From: Candidatus Hatepunaea meridiana
GTDB lineage: Bacteria; Electryoneota; AABM5-125-24; Hatepunaeales; Hatepunaeaceae
Direction: 5' to 3'
Length of the DNA: 64,000 nt
Assembly: GCA_030765125.1 (NCBI GenBank)
Contig: JAVCDD010000015.1
Location: forward strand, 2,939-66,938
The translations under genes were made by a program, and so were the position numbers. Position 1 is the stretch's first letter, and every line of letters begins with the position of its first letter. The notes under the pieces were generated by a model. That model made no database searches. It was not told the origin of the DNA and saw only the letters and a program-made list of their open reading frames with translations. This document shows, piece after piece, positions 9,321 to 17,821 of the stretch.

Positions 9321-9464
9321 GAAGTTCAGAGTTCAACCTTCAGGTTGCTTCCGCGCTGTCAATCCCGCCGCGGTTGACAGAATTGTCAAGAGTGTTGCTG
9401 TCAGGGACGGCGCTCTGACAGCAGACCGAGAAAAACACGCTAAAGCGCGAACTCTAAACTCTGA
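9321..9464. repeat. REP/MITE-like palindromic element (CTGTCA hairpin pair inside AGTTCAGAGTTCA inverted repeats)
   Basis: ctgtcaatcccgccgcggttgacag and ctgtcagggacggcgctctgacag hairpins are flanked by gaagttcagagttcaacc / gaactctaaactctgaa. The same families recur at five or more other loci. Confidence 0.6.
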
Positions 9465-9467
9465 ATA

Positions 9468-11138
9468 TTAAATGAAGAACACCAGTGTAACAATCACAAA
9501 CACCGGCAGCAGGAAAACTCCAGACCACAGCATATATCCAAAGAAACTCGGCATCTTAATTCCCTGTTCTTCAGCAATTGACCTGACCATAAAATTAGGC
9601 GCATTGCCGATATAGGTCATAGCGCCGAAGAAAACTGCGCCGGTGGATATTCCCTTCAGATAAGTTACGAATTCAGGACCAACAACGTGCGACATCCCCG
9701 TCAGGATTTGCGTTACTTGTGGCTCGCTTAATCCAAGCCTGCCGAGCGCCAGATTAAAGAACGTTAGATAAGTAGGCGCATTATCAAGAAAACTCGAAAG
9801 CGCACCGGTTATCCAGAAATAATGTATTGGTTTCTTGACCATTTCGACTATAAACGCCATCGAACCCGCACTGCCGGCGTGGAGCATCGCCAGCATTGGA
9901 ATGATACACATAAATATCCCCGCAAACAAATAAGCCACTTCCATAATGGGAAACCATGAAAAATCGTTATCCTTGCGAATCGCTATGTGCGTTGTTTTCA
10001 GGGATAGAATGCCCATCATAATAATACCCAGGTCTCGCGCAACGTTCTGCAATTCCAAATGAACGCCATAAACGTTGATATGCCCCGGCTTCCATGTCCC
10101 TGACATTAACACAAAGGCAAGAATCCCACCCAGGAACAGAAAGTTATGCACACCTTCAAGCCGTAGGGGATATTTTCCAGCATCCTTTTCATTCTTTTCA
10201 GGCGGTTTAACTCCTTCCCGCTTGTAAATGATACTGTCCAGAATATAAAATATCACCAGCAGGATCACTGCTGTCAGCGCAAAGTGCGGGAATATATTAA
10301 ACGTCCAGAAGAACGGTACTCCGTGCAGGAAGCCGAGGAACAGCGGAGGATCACCCAAGGGCGTTAATGATCCACCGACGTTGGCAACCAAGAAAATGAA
10401 GAAGATGATTATATGCACTTTGTTCTTGCGATAGGCATTAGCGCGGAGAATCGGTCGGATCAACAACATAGCTGCGCCAGTCGTTCCCATCCAGGAGGCG
10501 AGGATAGTTCCAATCAGTAGTAATTTGAGGTTAAGCTTAGGCGTACCAACCAAAGAACCCCGCAAGAGAATACCTCCTGAGACGGTATACAATCCCCAGA
10601 GCAGGATAATGAACGGAATATAGTCAATCAGATAAATATGGAGTATCTCATATATAGCCAATCCCTTGTAAACGAAGATAAAGGGAATTGCGAAGACTAA
10701 AGACCAGGCAAAGGAAACCTTGGGGAAGTGTTTATGCCAGAAGTGTGGTAAAATTAACGGAAAAAACGCTATTGACAGCAATATTCCTGCAAATGGCAAC
10801 CCTGCCCAAAGCGGTAGTTCTCTCGCCATCTTCTCTGCCGCAGCATGAAAGCCATATTTGTCTTCAGTATGATGGTCGTCGCTTGATGAATGATCGGTAT
10901 GATCCAGTTCATTAATCTCATTTTGAGATGTATCAGAAATATGAGCAGTTGCAACAACTTCAGCATTAACTGTGGTATCTACCTTGTTGGGCAATAGACT
11001 TAATTCAGCATTATCGGTAGTTTCGGCGAGAACCAAAGCCGTGCCTGTAAGGGAAAAAAGACAAAACAATATAGCTAAACCAACGCCTGTTATTGCTGAA
11101 CAGGTTTTAAAGCGATTAATATATCTAATATGACGCAA
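9468..11138 (-). CDS. IT-superfamily (NhaD/ArsB-like) ion transporter permease
   Basis: 556-aa polytopic membrane protein with a His/Asp-rich N-terminal extension and a central RANAYRKNKVHIIIFFIFLVANVGGSLTPLGDPPLF motif resembling NhaD/ArsB-type permeases. Confidence 0.5.
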   Translation of the reverse strand: MRHIRYINRFKTCSAITGVGLAILFCLFSLTGTALVLAETTDNAELSLLPNKVDTTVNAEVVATAHISDTSQNEINELDHTDHSSSDDHHTEDKYGFHAAAEKMARELPLWAGLPFAGILLSIAFFPLILPHFWHKHFPKVSFAWSLVFAIPFIFVYKGLAIYEILHIYLIDYIPFIILLWGLYTVSGGILLRGSLVGTPKLNLKLLLIGTILASWMGTTGAAMLLIRPILRANAYRKNKVHIIIFFIFLVANVGGSLTPLGDPPLFLGFLHGVPFFWTFNIFPHFALTAVILLVIFYILDSIIYKREGVKPPEKNEKDAGKYPLRLEGVHNFLFLGGILAFVLMSGTWKPGHINVYGVHLELQNVARDLGIIMMGILSLKTTHIAIRKDNDFSWFPIMEVAYLFAGIFMCIIPMLAMLHAGSAGSMAFIVEMVKKPIHYFWITGALSSFLDNAPTYLTFFNLALGRLGLSEPQVTQILTGMSHVVGPEFVTYLKGISTGAVFFGAMTYIGNAPNFMVRSIAEEQGIKMPSFFGYMLWSGVFLLPVFVIVTLVFFI

Positions 11139-11167
11139 ATTAATCCTCCATTATCAATATACCTTCC

Positions 11168-11232
11168 TGCTGTCAATCCACCGCTAATGATAGTATAAGC
11201 GGTGCTGTCAGTGACGGTGCCATGACAGCGGG
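11168..11232. repeat. CTGTCA-hairpin REP-like element
   Basis: ctgtcaatccaccgc...ctgtcagtgacggtgccatgacag; member of the dispersed hairpin family. Confidence 0.5.
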
Positions 11233-11348
11233 TAAACAATAAATATATACACTATACAATTAATAGTCAATTACAGTAGCAATTATCGTTACAAACTTCA
11301 TCATTATTTCACTTTCATCCTTCATCTTTCGTCCTTCGTCCTTCATCC

Positions 11349-12404
11349 TTACACTATCAGCATCGCATCCCCATAGCTGTAGAAGCGAAATCCGCCCTCC
11401 AGCGCTGTTTGATATGCAAGATTGAGCAAATCCCATCCTATCAAAGCCGCTGTTAATTGAAGCAGAGTTGAATCAGGACGATGAAAGTTAGTAAGCAGCC
11501 GGTCAACGACTTTGAACTGGTAAGGTGGATAAATAAAAATATCTGCTGTATATTCACCACTGCGAATTGGCAGACCGTCGGCAGCAGCATCCTCAAGAGC
11601 GCGTACAACCGTTGTTCCTACCACCGTTATATTTCTACTCGACTGTTTGGCTGAGTCTATCTGTTCTATGGTTTGATTCGGTATGTAATAACGTTCCTCG
11701 TGCATTCTATGAGCTGACAGGTCTTCAGAGCGGATTGGAATAAATGTTCCTAATCCGACGTCCAGAGTTATAGAAACAATATCACAACCCGAAGTTATCA
11801 ATTTATCTATCAATTCCCTGGTGAAGTGAAATCCTGCGGTTGGCGCCGCTAATGATCCCGGTTGGCGAGCATAGACAGTCTGATAGCGTTCAACGTCTGT
11901 GGTCTCCACTGGTCTGCGAATGTACGGTGGCAGCGGCGGTTGTCCGACATGATACAACCATTCCGCAAAAGGACGTTTGCTTTCACCGCATAACCAGGTT
12001 CCACGCCATTTACCATCGGTTGTTTTATCCTTTAGCAGCAAACGGGCATCATCGGGTAAATGTAGACAAACGCCACTACGTAAACGTCGTCCGGGATTGA
12101 CTAAGGCTTCTATTTCACCTTCCAAGCCTATCGTCTGAATGTCGGAAGACAGAAACAGGATATTGATCTTCCCTCCACTGGAGCGTCGTCCATCCACGCT
12201 TACCGGCAAAACGCGCGTTTCATTTATAAGAATAAGATCTCCGCCAATATATTCGACAATATTTCGAAACCGACCGGCATCATTAACCGTTTTTCGACCT
12301 CGATCAACTATCAGCAACCTGGAATCATCACGCATTTCTGCAGGATATTGCGCTGTTCGATCTTCGGGGATATTTACTTTGAATTCTTTTGGCGCTCGGC
12401 TCAT
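11349..12404 (-). CDS. queA: S-adenosylmethionine:tRNA ribosyltransferase-isomerase
   Basis: 351 aa with QueA hallmarks LPPYI, VGTTVVRALE and FYSYGDAMLI. Confidence 0.9.
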   Translation of the reverse strand: MSRAPKEFKVNIPEDRTAQYPAEMRDDSRLLIVDRGRKTVNDAGRFRNIVEYIGGDLILINETRVLPVSVDGRRSSGGKINILFLSSDIQTIGLEGEIEALVNPGRRLRSGVCLHLPDDARLLLKDKTTDGKWRGTWLCGESKRPFAEWLYHVGQPPLPPYIRRPVETTDVERYQTVYARQPGSLAAPTAGFHFTRELIDKLITSGCDIVSITLDVGLGTFIPIRSEDLSAHRMHEERYYIPNQTIEQIDSAKQSSRNITVVGTTVVRALEDAAADGLPIRSGEYTADIFIYPPYQFKVVDRLLTNFHRPDSTLLQLTAALIGWDLLNLAYQTALEGGFRFYSYGDAMLIV

Positions 12405-12563
12405 AGGATATTTATGTTTATAATCATTGTATCGCTTGACTTCTCTGTTTGAATATAGTAAAATTATAGGTTTAATCCAAAGAATAAAAGACCACGCATT
12501 CCCGAAGGGAATGAATATGAATAGCGGTGGGTGAAACCCACCGAATTAAATTGCAGACCCTTA

Positions 12564-12806
12564 GTGAAATATGGGGACAGTATACCTATTTTTATGAGTA
12601 GTTTTAGAAAGACCAACAGTATTTAGTGTCTGAACGAAAACCCTCATTTTTCTGAATATTAACCCTCTTTTGTCATTCCCGCGAAGGCGGGAATCCAGGA
12701 GAAACAATAAGTTATCTGGATTCCCGCCTTCGCGGGAATGACAAAAGAAGGGTTTTCGGTCAGACACTATTTAGAAAAATAGGTATACTGTTCCCATATT
12801 TCACTG
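12564..12806. mobile_element. MITE-like nested palindrome; inner 94-bp element has 38-bp TIRs AACCCTCTTTTGTCATTCCCGCGAAGGCGGGAATCCAG
   Basis: Near-perfect inverted repeats at 12661..12754. Outer inverted repeats AAATATGGGGACAGTATACCTATTTT lie at 12567 and 12781. The same TIR family occurs at 23071..23283 and 46596..46697. ORF 12561..12767 inside it is spurious. Confidence 0.6.
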
Positions 12807-12854
12807 TTTATTCAACCCCTTCGGGATTTTTGTAACAAGTCAATTATTTCGATA

Positions 12855-13631
12855 ATGGTAAATATGCTAAAAAATAAAACCATACTCATCACTGGCGCTT
12901 CCGCCGGAATTGGAGAGGCTTGCGCTAATGCGTTTGCTGCTGAAGGAGCAAATCTTGTTTTAGCTGCCAGACGACACGAACGCCTCGTAAAGATGGCTGA
13001 TGAGTTAACTACGAAATGTAATATTAAATGTCGCGTGTCACCTCTCGATGTGCGAGATAATATACAGGTTGAGGAATTTATTCACAATTTGCCTGTTGAA
13101 TTTCAGAATATTGATATTCTTATCAATAACGCCGGACTGGCGCGAGGATTGGATTCAATACAAAACGGCAATATTCGCGACTGGGATGAGATGATAGACA
13201 CCAACCTCAAAGGATTGCTCTATATAACCAGAGCGGTTATTCCAGGGATGATTGAGCGTGGAAATGGGCACATCATCAATATAGGCTCAATTGCCGGAAG
13301 ACAACCATATCCGAATGGTACGGTTTATTGTGCGACAAAGTTCGCCGTGCGCGCACTCACGCAGGGAATGCTGATGGACATGGTTGATACACCGATCCGC
13401 GTCTCTACGGTTGATCCTGGTATGACAAAAACGGAGTTCTCGCGGGTTCGTCTCAAACGAGATGATGTCAAAGCCGATAGTGTTTATGATGGACTAACAC
13501 CGTTAACAGCACAGGATATTGCAGAAGCGGTACTGTTCTGCGCTACTCGTCCACCACATTCTAATATCACAGAAATGGTCATTTTACCGGCGGATCAGGC
13601 TTCAGCTTATCACGCGCATAGGAGGAAATAA
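12855..13631 (+). CDS. SDR-family oxidoreductase (YdfG-like NADP-dependent 3-hydroxy acid dehydrogenase)
   Basis: 258 aa with TGASAGIG cofactor motif, NNAG, and catalytic YCATKFAV (Y-x3-K). Confidence 0.8.
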   Translation: MVNMLKNKTILITGASAGIGEACANAFAAEGANLVLAARRHERLVKMADELTTKCNIKCRVSPLDVRDNIQVEEFIHNLPVEFQNIDILINNAGLARGLDSIQNGNIRDWDEMIDTNLKGLLYITRAVIPGMIERGNGHIINIGSIAGRQPYPNGTVYCATKFAVRALTQGMLMDMVDTPIRVSTVDPGMTKTEFSRVRLKRDDVKADSVYDGLTPLTAQDIAEAVLFCATRPPHSNITEMVILPADQASAYHAHRRK

Positions 13632-13702
13632 GAGGCTTTGGATTTAAGCCCAGAGCCCAGAGCCTAAAGCCATTTAATATAAAACGCTAAATAAACTATC
13701 AA

Positions 13703-14440
13703 ATGAACAAATATCATTCACCGGCATATTTCTTATCCGACTGCCATCTGCCATTGATACCTCGACCAGGGCAAGAGGAATGGACTCCGACAGTAGTACG
13801 ATTCCTGCGTAAGATTGCCTCTGATGCAAGAACGCTGTTTATTGTTGGGGATCTCTTCGACTTCTGGTTTGAATGGCGGTATTCCGTCCCGAGCGCCGCA
13901 TTCCCGATTTTGACCGAACTATCTAATCTGAGAAAGAAGAATATAGACATCATATACATTGCCGGAAATCACGATGGACACTTAGGGAATTTCCTAAAAA
14001 ACGAGGTTGATCTTACGATTTCACGTGAACCGATAGACGTTGAAATCGACAGCAGGAAATTCCATATAATTCATGGTGATGGAATTGCAAAAAGTGACCA
14101 TGGTTACCGTATTCTAAGAGGACTTGTACGCTGGAAAATGACTGAGAAAATATACAAATTAGTCCATCCTGATTTAGGAATCTGGTTCGCACGCTGCATA
14201 TCGAAACACTCTCGTATTACAGGTGGTAACCCGAAGGCTGGCAGATTAGAGTATTACACCAATTATGCTGACAGAAAGCTGGACTCCGGTTTTAATTTCG
14301 TAGTAATGGGGCATATACATGAGGCAAAAATGTTTCCACACCATAACGGCGGTTTTTTTTCTATCGGTGAATGGATGAAAAAACACAGCTATGGGGTGTT
14401 CAAGGAAGACGAGATGGAATTGGAATTCTTTGAGGAATAA
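13703..14440 (+). CDS. lpxH: LpxH-like calcineurin-type metallophosphoesterase (UDP-2,3-diacylglucosamine hydrolase candidate)
   Basis: 245 aa with FLSDCHL, GDLFDFW, AGNHD, IHGD and GHIH motifs in LpxH order. Confidence 0.6.
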   Translation: MNKYHSPAYFLSDCHLPLIPRPGQEEWTPTVVRFLRKIASDARTLFIVGDLFDFWFEWRYSVPSAAFPILTELSNLRKKNIDIIYIAGNHDGHLGNFLKNEVDLTISREPIDVEIDSRKFHIIHGDGIAKSDHGYRILRGLVRWKMTEKIYKLVHPDLGIWFARCISKHSRITGGNPKAGRLEYYTNYADRKLDSGFNFVVMGHIHEAKMFPHHNGGFFSIGEWMKKHSYGVFKEDEMELEFFEE

Positions 14441-14466
14441 TACTTCACCACGAAGGGAGCGAAGAT

Positions 14467-14497
14467 GGCTTTGGGCTTTAGCCAAAAGCCCAAAGCC
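14467..14497 (+). terminator. stem-loop (13-bp stem, 5-nt loop) after the lpxH-like gene
   Basis: ggctttgggcttt-agcca-aaagcccaaagcc, a perfect hairpin 27 nt past the stop. A weaker related hairpin follows the SDR gene at ~13641. Confidence 0.4.
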
Positions 14498-14532
14498 GAT
14501 TTATCTTCATCGTGAAATCAAATTAAACAAAT

Positions 14533-16701
14533 ATGCTAAAAAGAATCTGGCGATTTTTATCCAGTTTAACAAGTAGTATCTGGCGATTTCTCGGACCTAA
14601 TGATTTTGTCCGTACAATCACATCAGGTTTTGTAATAGTTTTCATCGGACTATCCGGGATCGGTCTGTTACTATGGTTCCTTTCGTCCGGTTTGCCTGAT
14701 CTGCAGAAACTAAGAGGCTATGAACCGCGGTTGACTACTCGTATCCTCGATCGTGATGATAAGCTAATATTTGAGTTGTACAGCCAACGCCGGATTATGG
14801 TGCCGTTAGACCAGATTCCCCAGCATACAATCGACGCCATTCTTACTATCGAGGACACCCGATTCTACGATCATTGGGGAGTAGATTTGATCGGAATAAC
14901 CCGCGCTGCCGTGATTGACGTCCTTACCCTCAGCCTACGCCAGGGCGCCTCTACTGTTACTCAGCAATTAGCACGCGATCTTTACCTCCATAAAAGACGC
15001 ACCTTCGGTCGTAAAATTCAAGAGACGCTGGCTTCTATTCAGATTGAGCGTAATTATTCGAAGAACGAAATCCTTGAGATGTATCTGACCCAAATTCCAC
15101 TGGGACACGGCGCTTATGGAATTGGATCAGCCGCAAAGCTCTATTTCGATAAGTCAGCAAGAGATTTGACCCTTGCTGAATCAGCCCTCTTAGCAGCTCT
15201 GCCGAAAGCGCCGTCGCACTACTCACCGTATTTCCACTTTGATAGATCGCTGGCGAGACGAAACCTTGTCCTCAAGAGGATGCTGGTGGAAAATGTCATT
15301 TCTCAACATCAGTATGCAATGGCTGTAGCAGAGACGCTCAATGTTGTTCCTCGCTCCAAAGAAACCTCGTTGGGGATTGCGCCCTATTTTACTGAAACGA
15401 TCCGGCAAAATCTGTCGGAAGAAGGTAAAAATCGAGGTTTTAGTTATCTGACCGATGGCTTAACCGTTCAGACAACTTTAGATTCCAGCCTGCAAGTATT
15501 TGCAGAAATTGCTGTCGATTCACACCTTACAAACATGCAGCCTCTTTATAGAAAACGTTTCATAAAGAGGTCGTTAACCGAAATCTGTTCTACTCTATAC
15601 GGTCCGGAAGAACCACCAGATATCAAACGCGCCTTATCCGATAGCGTAATAATTGACTCGATATTCTCAGCACGTTCTAAATTACAGGTAGCTTTAGTGG
15701 CTTTGGATCCACATTCCGGTGACATCCTGGCAATGATTGGCGGACGCAATTTCAAGGAATCAAAGTTCAATCGAGCAGTGCAAGCTGTCCGCCAGCCCGG
15801 ATCTGTGTTCAAACCCTTTGCATATATGACCGCAATTGATAACGGCTATTCGACTACTTTTGAACTGTTGAATCAGGACGTTGTCCTGACAATGCCGGAC
15901 GGAAAAAGATGGGTACCGCAGAACTACGATCATTCTCACGGCGGTTTAACAACTCTTCGGGAAGGGCTGCGCAGATCGTTAAACCTCGTTGCCGCAAGGT
16001 TGGTGCAGGAGGTCGTACCTCCACGAATGGTGGTGAAATATGCTAAACAAATGGGAATAACCACGCGAATAGCAGCGGTTGACGCGGTGGCGTTAGGCGC
16101 TTCGGGAGTTATACCTATTGAGATGGTCTCTGCTTTTTCAGTGTTTGCCGCGGGTGGAATCTATCATACACCGCGTTCAATACTAAAGATAAACGACCGC
16201 TTTGGCGAAAACATCATCACGTATCCCATTCAGCGCAAGGTTGCAATATCGGCTGAGACTTCTTACATAATGACCGATTTGTTACAAACGGTTATTAATC
16301 GCGGGACGGGCGGATCGGCGCGCTGGAAATACGACTTTAGAGCACCCGCTGCCGGTAAAACCGGAACTACTAACGATTTCACCGATGCCTGGTTTATCGG
16401 TTTCACACCGCAATTGGTATGTGGTGTCTGGGTAGGTCTTGACGATCCACAGGAAAGGCTTGGCGCAGGATATTCTGGAGCCGCCGCTGCCCTGCCGATC
16501 TGGGCTAAGTTTATGAAAATGGCGTATGATTCGCTTGAATTCGAAGATGAGAAGTTCGAAATGCCCACTGGAGTAGTCAAAGTTACAATCTGTCTGGATA
16601 CCAAACAAATAGCTACACCATACTGCCCGAATAAAGTAGTTGAGGTTTTCAGGCAGGATTCCAGACCTCTGACAAAATGTCGTAAACATAGAATGAGGTA
16701 A
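14533..16701 (+). CDS. mrcA: class A penicillin-binding protein 1A (glycosyltransferase GT51 + transpeptidase)
   Basis: 722 aa with N-terminal TM helix, GT51 motifs EDTRFYDHWG, GASTVTQQLAR and RKIQE, then transpeptidase SVFKPF (SxxK) and KTGT. Confidence 0.9.
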   Translation: MLKRIWRFLSSLTSSIWRFLGPNDFVRTITSGFVIVFIGLSGIGLLLWFLSSGLPDLQKLRGYEPRLTTRILDRDDKLIFELYSQRRIMVPLDQIPQHTIDAILTIEDTRFYDHWGVDLIGITRAAVIDVLTLSLRQGASTVTQQLARDLYLHKRRTFGRKIQETLASIQIERNYSKNEILEMYLTQIPLGHGAYGIGSAAKLYFDKSARDLTLAESALLAALPKAPSHYSPYFHFDRSLARRNLVLKRMLVENVISQHQYAMAVAETLNVVPRSKETSLGIAPYFTETIRQNLSEEGKNRGFSYLTDGLTVQTTLDSSLQVFAEIAVDSHLTNMQPLYRKRFIKRSLTEICSTLYGPEEPPDIKRALSDSVIIDSIFSARSKLQVALVALDPHSGDILAMIGGRNFKESKFNRAVQAVRQPGSVFKPFAYMTAIDNGYSTTFELLNQDVVLTMPDGKRWVPQNYDHSHGGLTTLREGLRRSLNLVAARLVQEVVPPRMVVKYAKQMGITTRIAAVDAVALGASGVIPIEMVSAFSVFAAGGIYHTPRSILKINDRFGENIITYPIQRKVAISAETSYIMTDLLQTVINRGTGGSARWKYDFRAPAAGKTGTTNDFTDAWFIGFTPQLVCGVWVGLDDPQERLGAGYSGAAAALPIWAKFMKMAYDSLEFEDEKFEMPTGVVKVTICLDTKQIATPYCPNKVVEVFRQDSRPLTKCRKHRMR

Positions 16702-16705
16702 CTAT

Positions 16706-16918
16706 AAATGTTGTAATGTTGAGATGTTGTAATGTTGTGATTTCAAATTACAATCTAACATTTCCCAGTTCGTAATTTCCTCATTCCCAACTTGATTGGG
16801 AATCCAGTAAGCCCTTGAATTCTCTGGATTCCCAATCAAGTTGGGAATGAGGAAAAAACTGTAAAGTGGAAATGTTAATCACAACATTACAACATTACAA
16901 CATCACAACATCAAAGAG
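16706..16918. repeat. long imperfect palindrome: (TGTTGTAA/TGTTGAGA)n arms enclosing a 75-bp MITE-B with TIRs CTCATTCCCAACTTGATTGGGAATCCAG
   Basis: Left arm atgttgtaatgttgagatgttgtaatgttgtgat; right arm atcacaacattacaacattacaacatcacaacatc; inner inverted repeat at 16778..16852. The same octamer repeats occur at 1111..1136, 40278..40314 and 42978..42998. Confidence 0.6.
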
Positions 16919-16930
16919 GATCAATAAATT

Positions 16931-17608
16931 ATGATAAAAGCTGTCTTTTTCGACCTCGATAACACCCTTGTTGACTTCTTCCGGGCGAAGAAATCGGCGG
17001 TAAAAGCTGCCGTAAGCGCAATGCTGGACTCCGGATTGCAGGGAAGTTTCAAGGAAGCATACGATCTCATTATGCAAATCTACAAAGAGGAGGGTATTGA
17101 GTATCAATCAGTATTTGATCGTTTTCTAATAGATAAATACGGTGAGATTAAATACAAGATGTTAGCTGCCGGAGTAGTTGCTTATCGTAAGGCTAATGAG
17201 GATGCGTTAACGCTCTTCCCGCACGTAACTACAACACTTACAACCCTCGCCAAGCGTGGAATTAAACTTGCTATTATTACAGACGCTCCCGCAAAGCAGG
17301 CGTGGCAAAGGCTCTGCTATTTACAACTTCACCACCTGTTCGATGAGGTTGTTGTATCCGAGGACACCGGCGCTTTAAAGCCATCACCTCTGCCATTTCA
17401 ATATGCTCTTAGCAAGTTGGGGATACAACCTTCAGAAGCATTAATGATTGGAGATTGGCCCGACCGCGACATTGTAGGCGCTAAGAACGTCGGAATACAT
17501 ACCGTATTTGCCCGCTACGGCGACCCGCGCGAAATTGAAATATCGGGAGCGGATTATGATATTGACGATATCTTTGAGCTTGTCAGGATTGTTGAAGAGA
17601 TTGGTTGA
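16931..17608 (+). CDS. HAD-family hydrolase
   Basis: 225 aa starting MIKAVFFDLDNTLVDF (DxDxT motif I), with the distal GDWPDRDIVGAKNVG motif. Confidence 0.75.
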   Translation: MIKAVFFDLDNTLVDFFRAKKSAVKAAVSAMLDSGLQGSFKEAYDLIMQIYKEEGIEYQSVFDRFLIDKYGEIKYKMLAAGVVAYRKANEDALTLFPHVTTTLTTLAKRGIKLAIITDAPAKQAWQRLCYLQLHHLFDEVVVSEDTGALKPSPLPFQYALSKLGIQPSEALMIGDWPDRDIVGAKNVGIHTVFARYGDPREIEISGADYDIDDIFELVRIVEEIG

Positions 17609-17654
17609 TGGGTGTTTGTCCCCCAATCGTTGTTATTCCTTTGAAAGTAGCGCC

Positions 17655-17725
17655 CCGCTGTCAACCCGCCGTGGTTGACAGCATAACCGGGAGCATTGCC
17701 GTCAGGGACGGCGCCCTGACAGCAG
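17655..17725. repeat. CTGTCA-hairpin REP-like element
   Basis: ctgtcaacccgccgtggttgacag ... cgtcagggacggcgccctgacag between convergent genes. Confidence 0.55.
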
Positions 17726-17821
17726 GTTGAATTTTCATGTTGCGTTGTGCAATCTGTTGAATGAATATTCCGGACTTGATTCGGAATCCAGTCTTTCTCA
17801 CTTTCTCACTTGCCTACTTGC

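Noticed and set aside
9468-11138. Specific assignment of the permease as arsenite pump ArsB or Na+/H+ antiporter NhaD
   Set aside because: Only superfamily-level resemblance could be judged from sequence. There is no ars operon context, and substrate cannot be inferred.
12561-12767. 68-aa ORF (and ORFs 36588..36875, 36723..36977, 46423..46734) with GNDKRG / SREGGNP-like peptides
   Set aside because: They fall entirely within MITE-like palindromes; the reading frames are generated by inverted-repeat symmetry.
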